A stretch of 64,000 bases of DNA, taken from Trichomonas gallinae. Lineage: Eukaryota. Positions 32,643 to 43,600 of the stretch are shown here, one piece after another (position 1 is the first letter of the stretch; the number at the start of each line of letters is the position of its first letter). The stretch is taken from positions 1 to 64,000 of the forward strand of contig MRSU01009652.1 in the NCBI GenBank assembly GCA_008369845.1. Direction: 5' to 3'. Made by a program: the position numbers and the translations under genes. Under the pieces are notes generated by a model. The model was not told where the DNA came from. It saw nothing but the letters and a program-made list of their open reading frames with translations, and did not search any database.

Positions 32643-32932
32643 AGTAGTGAAAAATTTCCTGTCTTATCATTTTGACACGTAAACATATCCGGTCTTAATG
32701 TTTTGAAATTTAAATTTCCAGTTTTATCACATTTGCTATTTTTTGACAACTAAAGAGATCTTTTTTGTGAGTGAGTATTGTCTGAATCCACAGAAATAAT
32801 GATCGAAAATACAAAATAATGGAATAACTTTAAGCGACAATTTTGGGATTGAAAGACTTTAAGCTACAATTTACATAACAATTAAACAGTATTATATGTT
32901 AATGGTTTCTGGATTCAAAATAAAGATATCAT

Positions 32933-33397
32933 CTAATTCAAACCTAAAAGATCAAACGTAGGTAAAGGTGTTTCCTGAACTTTTTCCTCCACTACAGGCT
33001 GCTGTTTCGGATTAAGGAACTCTTGGAGAGTTACATTAGGCGACCATTTTCTATTTACGTATTTATCACGAATAAACCCTGCCACATCTTCACCACGCGC
33101 CCAACTAGGCTTGATATAGTTGGATGGAAGATTTTGCTCGTAATATGAATTGACTTTTTTATTTCCTAAATGTATAAGATTTTTAGCTTGTGCTTCTGTA
33201 AGAGAATCAAGTTTTAATGATCTGACTTGCGAAAAGTTGGTTCCAAGGGATCTATGAACAGAGCTACATTTGATACAAATAAAAATTCCGAGATTGACGC
33301 TTGCCCAGTTAGGTTTGGGGGCACCACAGTCTGCACACTTAGAATTGTCCTCGCTATTCATCGCTTCTAATAGTTTGGCTGATAAAATCGAACTCAT
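32933..33397 (-). CDS. ArfGAP (SMAP/AGD5-like, catalytic domain only)
   Basis: NSKCADCGAPKPNWASVNLGIFICIKCSSVHRSLG zinc finger with the catalytic Arg, and FIRDKYVNRKW. Confidence 0.95.
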   Translation of the reverse strand: MSSILSAKLLEAMNSEDNSKCADCGAPKPNWASVNLGIFICIKCSSVHRSLGTNFSQVRSLKLDSLTEAQAKNLIHLGNKKVNSYYEQNLPSNYIKPSWARGEDVAGFIRDKYVNRKWSPNVTLQEFLNPKQQPVVEEKVQETPLPTFDLLGLN

Positions 33398-33803
33398 AAA
33401 AAAATAAGATTATCCCTGCAATATTTTTTCGGCCCCAATTTTGTTTATGAAATGAAACACAGTTATTCAAAATTCACTTTTGCTTTTACATCATAACATC
33501 AAAGATGCATTTTGAAGAACGATGTTTAAGGAAATGGCGATTTCAGTCTCACTTTTCACAATTTTGAACTTTGTTCAAAAAGTGAGCCTGAAATCGTATT
33601 TTTCATTTTAACTTAACAAACGAATACAACACATGTTTTAATAGCGATTTTCAATGAAATAAAGTTCGGACATAATCGAGATTTGAAAGAAAGAAGAATA
33701 AAACGATTCGGTTTAAATTAGTAGAAAAGGTTGGCTTAAGTGAGTGATTATATTAGTAGAAAAATCAGTTAATTTCTAAAATAAATAATATCTAATTATT
33801 TAT

Positions 33804-34397
33804 TTATTTCTTCTTAGCAATCTTCTCAGAATAGAATGCAAGTTCTTCACCCTCTAAGATATAGCCATCAGCACGTCCACACTGACCAGGACGAGATGTG
33901 ATAACTGCTAAAAGACGACCTTGATCGAACTCTGCTATGAGTTCTGGAGCTACAACACCACCATCCTTGTTAGCAGCCCAGCGCTGTGTCATCTTATCTG
34001 TAACCTTCTCTGGCTTAACATATTGGGACTTGCCAAGAGCCTTGCCGAACTGGCGTTCGTACCACTGCTTGAATGGGGCAGCATCGATGGAAACGACGGA
34101 GCCACGAGCAAGTGTGTTTGTGCGGACAAGATCGTTGTCAGCTGGGTGATATGTAACGTTAAGGATACGTGTCTTGCGTGTGCAGTTCTCGGAGGCCCAA
34201 GCGAATGTGCCTGTCTCGAGGCGGAGAGCGCGCATCTTGAGGTTACCACCACGAACACGGACGGCGTGGATTCTCTTCTCGCCGATACGTGTCTGGGCGG
34301 ATGGACGGCCGGCAAGGAAGTTACGTTTCTTACGCCAGGCTGTTGAGCGAGCGCCGGACTTTGTGTGCTTAAGGTCTCCCATACGTGTGATACCCAT
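33804..34397 (-). CDS. RPS8: 40S ribosomal protein S8 (eS8)
   Basis: MGITR..., VRVRGGNLKMRALRL, LVRTNTL and SRPGQCGRADGYILEGEELAFY. Codon usage is GC-richer than neighbours. Confidence 0.98.
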   Translation of the reverse strand: MGITRMGDLKHTKSGARSTAWRKKRNFLAGRPSAQTRIGEKRIHAVRVRGGNLKMRALRLETGTFAWASENCTRKTRILNVTYHPADNDLVRTNTLARGSVVSIDAAPFKQWYERQFGKALGKSQYVKPEKVTDKMTQRWAANKDGGVVAPELIAEFDQGRLLAVITSRPGQCGRADGYILEGEELAFYSEKIAKKK

Positions 34398-34403
34398 TTG
34401 TAG

Positions 34404-34408
34404 AAAGG
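34404..34408 (-). promoter_or_regulatory. CCTTT (M5-type alternative initiator) upstream of RPS8
   Basis: The minus strand reads CCAT-CCTTT-CTACAA-ATG. CCTTT is the start-site element described for Trichomonas ribosomal protein genes. Confidence 0.7.
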
Positions 34409-34443
34409 ATGGACCATCACGATTATTTTCCCCTCAATCTATT

Positions 34444-34521
34444 TTACATGACAAATATTTACATGTCTAAAATACCTTTACATGACAAATGTTTACACGA
34501 CAAAAAAGTCTTTACAAGGCA
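34444..34521. promoter_or_regulatory. Five TTACAYGNCA-type motifs upstream of RPS8
   Basis: Copies at 34444, 34459, 34478, 34493 and 34512, spaced 15/19/15/19 bp. Confidence 0.65.
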
Positions 34522-34965
34522 AATTTATCATTACCAAAAACAAATAGATATTTGATATATCATATCTCATTAGATTCTAATGATTAGAATAAAAATTTCT
34601 CAATAAAAAGCTTCAAATATAAATATTTATCGAAAAATAATTATTTTTATTTGGATTCTTATGGAGTGGATTCATATCAAAAATATACCCCAATGTAATT
34701 CATATTTTTGATTTACAGTGTATAATTTTGACGATATTTTTTTTCAAATTAATTTTATTAAATTTATAGTTTCAGTTATTAATTATTATAATGCTATGGT
34801 ATAGTAATGAATATTTGTTATATTACAAGTCGAAAATAATGAAAAAATAAATTAAAAATTAAATCAAGCGCAATTTCCAAGGATTTCCACGAGAAAAACA
34901 ACTGGCGAAAGCCAAAAAGATCATATATATATTTACCTTTATTTTGCAAAATTTGTTATTGTTGA

Positions 34966-37900
34966 ATGACTTCGAAGCCGAATACTGCGAACCATTCAGC
35001 AAGACTTTACCAGATGAATATATTCGAAGAATCCAAGCGGTCACTCCAGGTAGTTATCAGCAATCTCAAGGCGCAAGTCCAAACATCAATTAAACCAATT
35101 TCGATTCTCGATATTTTCCCACAAATCCTATATTTTATCAAGAATTCTAACTTGGAAAACGTGAATGATCGCATTAAACTGCTGTCTAGCTTCGCTCCAC
35201 TTGAATCGTATTTTGTTAAGACAGCATTTTCGAACAAATGCACGATATTCGGCACATTTACGTTCTATTGGCAGATGTTCTCTAAAGTATTTTGGAAAAT
35301 TAGTCCTAATTTCGTTTTAAATATTCAAAATGAATTAGAAGCTCTAAAAGAAGCAGTTGAAGCTAATCCATTACATTCAGCAGGAGTTGAATCAATTATT
35401 TCAATTCATGAATCTCATCCAGACAACGTAGAACTTCTAATAACATCTCTAACTAATTTTAAATCGATATTAAAAGGAAATGGACCAGAGCAGGATTGTT
35501 TTTCAGGAATACAAAAGAAAATAGACAACTTCAAAGAGATCAAAGACTTTAGAGAATTCGTAAAAACAATTGATTCGATTATTTCTACTCAAGAAATCGC
35601 ATTTCAGACATCATACAACGAAAAAGATCTCGAAAAAGTTACAAATATGTCCTTAAGTTACTCATTATTATGCACAGAAACAATATCATATTTTGATCAA
35701 AATTATATTAGCGAATTGATCGAAGTTGAGCAAATAATTTATTATGTAAAAAGTTTCGCCGCTCCAAAAGATTTAGCAGAACTTACGAAATTGCTTACAA
35801 TCAAAGCAGAAGCGAAATTCCGTTCAACTCCGATTGTTGCTCCTTGCATTATAACAGATATCGAAAATGTAGTTCAATCAAATTATCCGGATTCTATTCA
35901 GCCTTTCTCAGAGTTCAATACATCTTATAAAAAATTATTTGATGGACAAGTCGACAGACCAGTATCGTATTTGGCTGGTGTGTTCCTTGATCTCCTTACT
36001 TTTGAGGATGGAATTGAAATTGACGACAATCAATTAGATTTGCAAAAAAATCTCAACGATTTAATGGTTGTAATCTGCTTACAAATCATTTCCCGATCAG
36101 TATTAGAAGATTCTTTAGTCCTCGACGAATATATGGCAAGTTATCCAGTTCCACAAAATCAATTATTTTTGAATATCAAGAAACTAATAAATGCAGCCAC
36201 AGAACTTAAGAACAATGAAATTATCGATACAAAATACGCGAATTTCTTTGAAAGATTCATTCTTATGTTCAGAAGTTTATATAAATTGCTTATTATGGTC
36301 CAACAGAACATTTTAAGCAAGACAATTGAGACATTTTGCCAATATATTCCTCCACTTTTCTCAATGCAAGGCTTAATCAAAAAGAAATATTTAGATATAT
36401 TGAAATCTGGCAATCCTTCAATAGAATTGCTTAGTACACAGGCTGTGTTAACAACCAGCGAAATAATTGAGCGCGTGAAACAATATATTATCCAAATGAA
36501 TTCTCGACATTCAGGTCCAACTGTTGAAGACACTCATATTATTGCGATATTCTTGTTCTATTACTGTGCTTCACAGTTCTTTACGAATTATGTGCCTAAG
36601 AACTCAAATGTCTCAGATTATGTTTTATGCATTGAGCCAAATCAAACTTCACTAGAATTCCAGCAGCTTGGCGAAGCACTGATTGAGTTTATTGAAGAAA
36701 AGAGCTTCATTAACATAAATCTTGTTGAAAAATTCTTTTCAATCAATTTAGTTTCAATTTATAAGAATTGTCAAAACGAACCCACGATCCAGGACCTGTA
36801 TAAATCACTTTGCGAAAAACTTTACATACCAAAACTTCCAATTACATTTTTCGAAATGATCGAATTCATCAAGGCTGCAATTTTATCACATAAAGGCGAA
36901 GGATCTGAGTCTCTTAAATACATTAAGTCATGTTTTGAAGCGCTTGAGCAAATGGATTTGAATATCGATTACGAAAAACTCGAAAAAACCGCTTCCACGC
37001 TACAAACAACATTTGGTAAAGCTAATATCATTACGAACAGCATAATAACATTCACAAAGTTCCTCAAAGTCTTTTACAAAACAGCGAATAAAATGGCCGA
37101 GATCGGCAACGACTTCCACACTTACGATGTAGCGGCATCCAGCCTCATACAGGTGCTATTGATCTCAAATATAGCAGTTTCGATGGAAGGAATTTTCGTC
37201 CGTTATCCGCAAATTTTGCAAAAACTTCACCAAGTTTTTCCTTTCAGTGTATCACAGGTGAGCTCGTGCGACAAGAATGCTATTGCCCTTCTTGTTGAGG
37301 GCTTACAGCAGAACCTTCAGGGCCCTTCATCGCGCTCAGACGACGAGCTATTCAAGGTCGTCCAGTCATATATATACTCTTTCTCAGTTTTCATCAAAAA
37401 CAATCAAGAAAACAAAGAATTGAACGAAGAAGTGAAGAAGATGATTTCCGTTGCTATCCTTTTCCCTAAGCAAGGCCCGAATTTCGCAGCACAATACGAG
37501 AAATATCACAGCGAGTTGTTAGTAGCTTTAATTAATTTGAGAAAATTCATCGCTCAATCGCAGTTAATCAAGAAATATTTCCTGACAGACTGGCTGACAT
37601 CAGAAGTCGACGAAATTACGACTATAATATTGGTCAGCTCCATAAGAGTGTGGAGCGCTGACTACTCGAGAGTCTCTTTGCAGATAATATCAAAAATACC
37701 CGAAGCAATCAGGCCAGATTTTAAGTACAATTCTCAGCAAGTTTACATCACTACAACACTCAAAGAGCCGACGCCTGACATCTGCATATCACTCAACTTC
37801 CCTGCTGTACAGAACTTAGTCACAGCGAGCAGAAGGGTGCAAGACAGGAAGCAGTACGAATTGATACAAAAGCTCGCGCGAGTTTTAAAAGACCAAACAG

Positions 37901-38682
37901 TTAAAATCGATTCAGGAAAGTTATTCTTCAAAAACGCTTCACTTTTGTCGATGCAGGAGAGCATGATACAAGAGATAGAGCACAATGTCGCTAAAGTTTC
38001 GGAAGAGATCGAAAGGATTCGCGAAATCAAAGCGAAACAACCTGAAATAATCAAACAAAAGATTCAGCAATTTAGTAGTGACCTCGAACAAAATCAGTCG
38101 AAAGTTGCTGGCGAAAAAAGCAAGCTTGAGGGCTTGTTAACAGAACTTCAGAAGATAGAAGAGAAGAATCAGGCAAGAAGAAAGGAACTTGAAGGCTTAA
38201 AGTCATCTATTTCAGCAGAAGATGTTTTGGTTTTGTCAAGAGGTTTACACTTGGATAATGATGACGATAAAAGTGATGATATACATCAGCAGCTTGAGAT
38301 TGATCAGTACGTGGATGCTGTAAAGAGCCAGAACGACAAGTTAAGATTGGCAATTAAGCTCCGCAGGTTGATGAGCGAGGTTCCAGGTCTTCTCGAAAAT
38401 GACGCTGATGTTAACTACATTAAAATCGCCGAAGATCTCAAGAAGAAGATCGCTGAGCTTTCTGCGCCAACAATTAAAAATACTAAGGAGGACTTCTTCC
38501 TGCCCATGCCACAGGATGTTTCCAATCTTCTCGCGTTTTGCGTAAATGTCAACACGAAGACGCCGACGAAAGATTCCGTCTTCAAGAAGAAAGATTCGCT
38601 TCTGAAGTTTATTGATTCGACAATCGGCTTCATCATGCAGATGAAGAACAACAGGGAGACAATGAAAGAACTCAAGAAGTAA
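34966..38682 (+). CDS. Hypothetical 1238-aa helical protein with a C-terminal coiled coil
   Basis: Long intact ORF. No family recognised. Confidence 0.8.
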   Translation: MTSKPNTANHSARLYQMNIFEESKRSLQVVISNLKAQVQTSIKPISILDIFPQILYFIKNSNLENVNDRIKLLSSFAPLESYFVKTAFSNKCTIFGTFTFYWQMFSKVFWKISPNFVLNIQNELEALKEAVEANPLHSAGVESIISIHESHPDNVELLITSLTNFKSILKGNGPEQDCFSGIQKKIDNFKEIKDFREFVKTIDSIISTQEIAFQTSYNEKDLEKVTNMSLSYSLLCTETISYFDQNYISELIEVEQIIYYVKSFAAPKDLAELTKLLTIKAEAKFRSTPIVAPCIITDIENVVQSNYPDSIQPFSEFNTSYKKLFDGQVDRPVSYLAGVFLDLLTFEDGIEIDDNQLDLQKNLNDLMVVICLQIISRSVLEDSLVLDEYMASYPVPQNQLFLNIKKLINAATELKNNEIIDTKYANFFERFILMFRSLYKLLIMVQQNILSKTIETFCQYIPPLFSMQGLIKKKYLDILKSGNPSIELLSTQAVLTTSEIIERVKQYIIQMNSRHSGPTVEDTHIIAIFLFYYCASQFFTNYVPKNSNVSDYVLCIEPNQTSLEFQQLGEALIEFIEEKSFININLVEKFFSINLVSIYKNCQNEPTIQDLYKSLCEKLYIPKLPITFFEMIEFIKAAILSHKGEGSESLKYIKSCFEALEQMDLNIDYEKLEKTASTLQTTFGKANIITNSIITFTKFLKVFYKTANKMAEIGNDFHTYDVAASSLIQVLLISNIAVSMEGIFVRYPQILQKLHQVFPFSVSQVSSCDKNAIALLVEGLQQNLQGPSSRSDDELFKVVQSYIYSFSVFIKNNQENKELNEEVKKMISVAILFPKQGPNFAAQYEKYHSELLVALINLRKFIAQSQLIKKYFLTDWLTSEVDEITTIILVSSIRVWSADYSRVSLQIISKIPEAIRPDFKYNSQQVYITTTLKEPTPDICISLNFPAVQNLVTASRRVQDRKQYELIQKLARVLKDQTVKIDSGKLFFKNASLLSMQESMIQEIEHNVAKVSEEIERIREIKAKQPEIIKQKIQQFSSDLEQNQSKVAGEKSKLEGLLTELQKIEEKNQARRKELEGLKSSISAEDVLVLSRGLHLDNDDDKSDDIHQQLEIDQYVDAVKSQNDKLRLAIKLRRLMSEVPGLLENDADVNYIKIAEDLKKKIAELSAPTIKNTKEDFFLPMPQDVSNLLAFCVNVNTKTPTKDSVFKKKDSLLKFIDSTIGFIMQMKNNRETMKELKK

Positions 38683-38982
38683 TATTTTTTTTATTATAAA
38701 TGTTTTAGTGTTATTAAAATTTTCATCAGAAATAACAAAATTAGTAGCGAAAAATGAGTTTTTTTTATTTCTATTCATATATGTAATAATATATAAATGG
38801 TATGAATATGATAGTTTAAAAACTCTTTTAGTTTGAATCTCTATTTCTTTCGTTGTTCGTTCATATTATTAAATATTGTTAATATATAATTATTAATCAT
38901 ATTTTTACAAAAATAAGCAAACAATAATAAACATCTATATTAATCAAATTAAACATTAGAATTCTCATGAAAAATAGTATTT

Positions 38983-39474
38983 TCATTTATATCTTTGTTT
39001 TCTAACTCTGAATGATGGTCTGTAAGATACTGAATATGATGAACTTTTTGTATGCAATAACAAATATATGAAAAAGAGACTGATTAAGACGCAGAATGAT
39101 AAAATTTGACTAATTGTTCTATCTATTCCTTTTAGTTCGTAATTTGTGAGTCTATAGATAGAAAGAAGCGAAAGAGTTAACAATCCGCAGCAGAAAATAG
39201 AGAAAAACGTTTCATTAGAGAATTGCGATGTAAAAGTCGAAAGATCGAATATTGATGTGACGATTTCTTTTGTTTCTGAGAAAGTATATCCTATTTCTGG
39301 TGAATTATTAAACCTGCAGAAGATAAATCCCGAGGTTCCAATAATAAAAAATATTAAAAAGAAAATTTGGAATGTTTTTGTGTCAAATATTTCATCACTC
39401 ATGTAGCCTAACTCCAATTCAGGAGCAGAAAAGTAATTTTCAAAAGGAGAAAGTAAAATTTTTTTAATTTTCAT
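38983..39474 (-). CDS. Small hypothetical membrane protein (about three TM segments)
   Basis: Three hydrophobic stretches and a basic C-terminus. A GTCACTTTTCATTT initiator-like sequence lies immediately before ATG 39474. Confidence 0.55.
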   Translation of the reverse strand: MKIKKILLSPFENYFSAPELELGYMSDEIFDTKTFQIFFLIFFIIGTSGFIFCRFNNSPEIGYTFSETKEIVTSIFDLSTFTSQFSNETFFSIFCCGLLTLSLLSIYRLTNYELKGIDRTISQILSFCVLISLFFIYLLLHTKSSSYSVSYRPSFRVRKQRYK

Positions 39475-39628
39475 TTTGTAAATGAAAAGTGACATAAATA
39501 CGGGCGTGCCACTTTCCAAAAATGACAATAATACGGGCGCACCAGAATGTAATAATTCAATGATATCATGCGTGCAAATTATAAGAGAACAATAAAAGAA
39601 TATAGCTATAAATCTTAAAAGTGATGAT

Positions 39629-40561
39629 GTGCCTATTGATGTTTGGGAAATTTATTTTGGACCAAATTATGATGATAATCCTTATTTCCGAAAGACAAAT
39701 CCAAAAATTTTGTTACCAGATTCAAAGATATATGTATATCAGTGTATATTCCAAAATTTTACGAATGGAGCCATTTATATATCCGGCAACAGTAACATTT
39801 TTTTCATGCATTCCAGCTGCTTTTTTACGAATTGCTCGAAGCCATCAAGCGGAGGAGCAGTTTACTTTCAAAGCCAGAGCCATATTGTACAGCGCAGGTG
39901 CTGTACAACCAATTCATATATTACATCAGGCGAGGGATGCCAATCTGATACAAACGTTGGACAAAGTACACAGAATAAAAACTATTTCATCGAATGCGCA
40001 GTGTCATTAGGAAAGCATGAAAGTTCTGCTGCATCATTTATCTGCAGGTTTGGAAACATTTTTGTTTCTTATACGAAAAACTCAGGAATATACGTAAGAA
40101 GTGGAAATACAAATTCTACTGTGAATTTCTCAATAATTGTTTGTAACCATGCAGTAATTAGTCTTTGTTTAGATCATACATACGGCACTTTGTATAGAGA
40201 TTTTATGAATATAATGATTAATAACACACAGGACACCAATAGTCATGACTGTGAATATTCTGAAGCTTTGTGTATTGTTGAAAAGTCCACAATATTAGGT
40301 CCATTTGGAATAGGACCTGCAATAACCGCTAATCGTGATGGAATATTTCAAATCTCCGAATCCACTATTGATGAAAAAGCAACATATATTGGTCCATATT
40401 CTACAACTGAAATCAGCAATTCTTCATATTTTAAAAAACTTTCTCATGTAATGCTATACGAATGCGCAGTTGATTCTGAATCTATCCATTACAGAATCCT
40501 AAATAACATTATTACGCGCATCTCCTTTAATGTTTTCGCCCAAATTTTATTTGACGACTAA
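39629..40561 (+). pseudogene. Pmp-like (GGA[IV]/FxxC beta-helix) family protein whose ATG is out of frame
   Basis: NGAIYISG and CFFTNCSKPSSGGAVYF. The ORF starts at GTG, and the ATGs at 39624/39627 are in another frame. Confidence 0.55.
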
Positions 40562-40638
40562 AAAATAGACTCATTCAGATTAACAAATAAAACAAAAATG
40601 AGATTAAGAATACAAACAAAAAAAATTTATAAAATATA

Positions 40639-43600
40639 TCATGATAAAACAATAAAAGTAGGGCAGTAATAATATGGATCAGATGACATTGTTGTTTTTC
40701 CGTAAGCGATGCCAATGATACAGTTGTCTTTGATCATCGGGATTCTTACAAGTTCTCCAATTGCACTGAATTTCTCTTCTTTCACGAAAACCTCTCTGTC
40801 ACCTGTTGTTGAAATGCGTCCATTATTGAACCTCGCATTATATAGAACACCTTTCATTCCAGTTCCATCTTCGCTGAATCCGTAAGTTTTCATCGACTTA
40901 ACTGTCCTCACTGCGCAAGCTTTGTTCATCTTGTCGCCGTATGGCATAACCATTCCTGTTTCAAGTGGCGTTGGCGGAATCTCTGACTGGAAGACCGCAT
41001 CAGTGTCGAAAGCAGTTCCTCTGCTGACAGGAAGTTTCGGCTTCTCGTCCTCGAAGTAATGCTTAATGATTTTGTCGAAAGATTCAACAATAACAGAGCT
41101 GTCGCAGAAAGAAGCAATCAAAGACGAAGCAATCGAAGCCCACAACTTCCTTCTTTCAGGGTTTCTTCCAAACGGCGGCGTGAAATAATCAGAAACAGAT
41201 ACCATCAAAGGATGAATGTGTTGAATTGAAAGCGGGAAGTCTTTTCTATGAGCAAGCAAGAGCATCAAATACATTAATGATCTGGAGGATCCTGATGACA
41301 CTCTCAGTGAATATGGTGTCAGTTTCATGAACCTTGTTGCACCTGACAATGAGTTAAACTTGGAAACTCTTATAACGAAAGCAGCGGGAATTTCAGGAAG
41401 CAAATTCATGTCTGATTCAGCTGTCATTATGAAGTAGTTGCAGTTCTTTGTGATGTGTGCATAGAATATCATAGAATGGACAACAAAAAGAGGTACTTTA
41501 GAGTCAAAAATTACCATTAGTGTTGCGTTGTTGTCGTTGCATAATTTGAAAATTGGTTTCAATTCTTCTGGAGATTTGATGTCAGTGAATGATCCGATTG
41601 TTAGCAGTGAAGTTCCGTGAGCTTGCATCATCGATGACATGCACCTTGCGTAGAGATCTGTAGGTATAGAATCATCTAAAATGATTTTCGTGAAAAAGTG
41701 TTGTGGCTGGATGATGTTTTCCGGACTAACAAAGGAAAAGAAGCCATCAGGCATTGATAAATAGTGCTGACTTAAGTGTTGTACCAGCTGAGGCATCATC
41801 GGACCTGCTGGCTTTTCGGCGAGTTTAGGGAAATTGTAGTCAAACAATAGATTCTTTGAATCGATGATTGATCTGAGTTTTGATGATTCATAGTTTACCA
41901 AAAACTTGATTCGTTCATCGCAAGGAAGGAGATTTGCGAATGTCAAAGATATCTCTGGAATCTTGTTGATGGCAAATATAGGAGAGATTGGGCTGTTAAG
42001 CGAGTCAGGATGCAAATGTTTTGGTGATAAAATCGCTTCGAAAGGTGAATGTAAATCGTTTGATGAGTCGGCCAAAGCTCTGAGTAAATTCGTGAATGTT
42101 TTGTATTTTGTGAGTGATGTAGGATGATCTCCAACAGTTCCTAAGATAGAGAATAGGTTTTCTAAGTTGCTGTTGTATGTCTTTAAGTTTGTCGCGACGT
42201 TGTCAGCGAAATTCTTGAATGAAAGATTTTTCTGTGAGTTTTCGAAGAATTCATTCCATCGAGAATCTTTGATGAGGTCAACAATTCTCTTGAGCGAACC
42301 AATCCCTTCTCTTATCTTAGCGCTGCATGTGCCAATCAGCTGCTCGAATGCCTTCTGTAACTGCTGGTTGACTGAGAAGACAGAAACTAAATCAAACCAA
42401 ATCGTGTGCTGCATTCTTTCGACATTGCAGTTTATAACAGACACGAATGATAAATCTATGTCAAGTGTTTTAGTGATCAAATATATTTGTGTTTCATCAC
42501 GCACTGACATGATTTTGCCGTCATATTCGAATCTTGAATTGCAGTCAATCTGAAGCTGAATGTAGTTCATGAACAAAAAGAAATTAGAGCAGGATTTTCT
42601 GTCAACTAGATAAATAATTAAAGGCGAACCGTCCGACAATGATTTCGTGTATTTCGCACAGCAGTCATTGAATGAATCTGTGTAAGCTGCATCGATTTTA
42701 GGATGCGTGAATATCAGTGACTGTGAAGCTACATCGAGAGGATCGTAAAAGATTTGTCGTGGTGCTGGGAAGCTAGATTTAGGCAGTGGCGTTTCTGTCT
42801 GAAGATTTGCTTTTCTCGGGAAGATTCTCATGCAATAAAGGATGTCGCAGATACTTGATGTCGAGAATTGCACCGATGTTTTGTCTGAAAGAGAGTCTTC
42901 AACAGTTCCACAAGCAGAAGAAGTGAACAAATACAAGTAATTAATGACAGGATTGAATATTTCGAAATCAAAAGGTCTTTTAACCATTTCGAAAGGATTC
43001 TGTACATATTGGAAACCAAGTTGGCCGTAAACTTTTGATCTTTCTTCCCTGCTTATTGATCCGAATCCATATTCAAAGGCTGTCATTATCAATGGGAACA
43101 TTCTCAAAGCTCTTTCTGAGTCATTAAGAAATTCTCCGAAGTTGCTGATATCTTTCATCAACTGTTCAGTGATTTCCAGCATCTTGAAGACATCAGATGG
43201 GTCTTGATTGTAAGCGGCAAGAAGCCATGTTGGACAAGCATCTTTATTTTCGCGCATTTTGATTCTTTCGTTTAGATCTTCAGCTTCTTTTTTGAGTTCA
43301 TCGATTTGCTGAAGTGTTGATGTTCTTTTCGCCTGCAGTTCTCCGATTTCTAATGAAATATCTCCCATCTCTCTGCTCCATTTGTGATAGTTAACTATTA
43401 TCTTCAGCCATGAAAGGAAAACATTGACGATTGGAATTGGCGAAACCATCAACTCATTCGTTGTGTTCATCAGTTTTCTTATTGGAGAATCTGGCTGTGA
43501 ATCTTCATCCAATCCGTATTTCTCGAGTTTTGAATAGATTAATGATTCGCTGTCTTCGAGCTGGAAATTCATGACAGACAAAGCTAAGTTGCAGTGTTTG

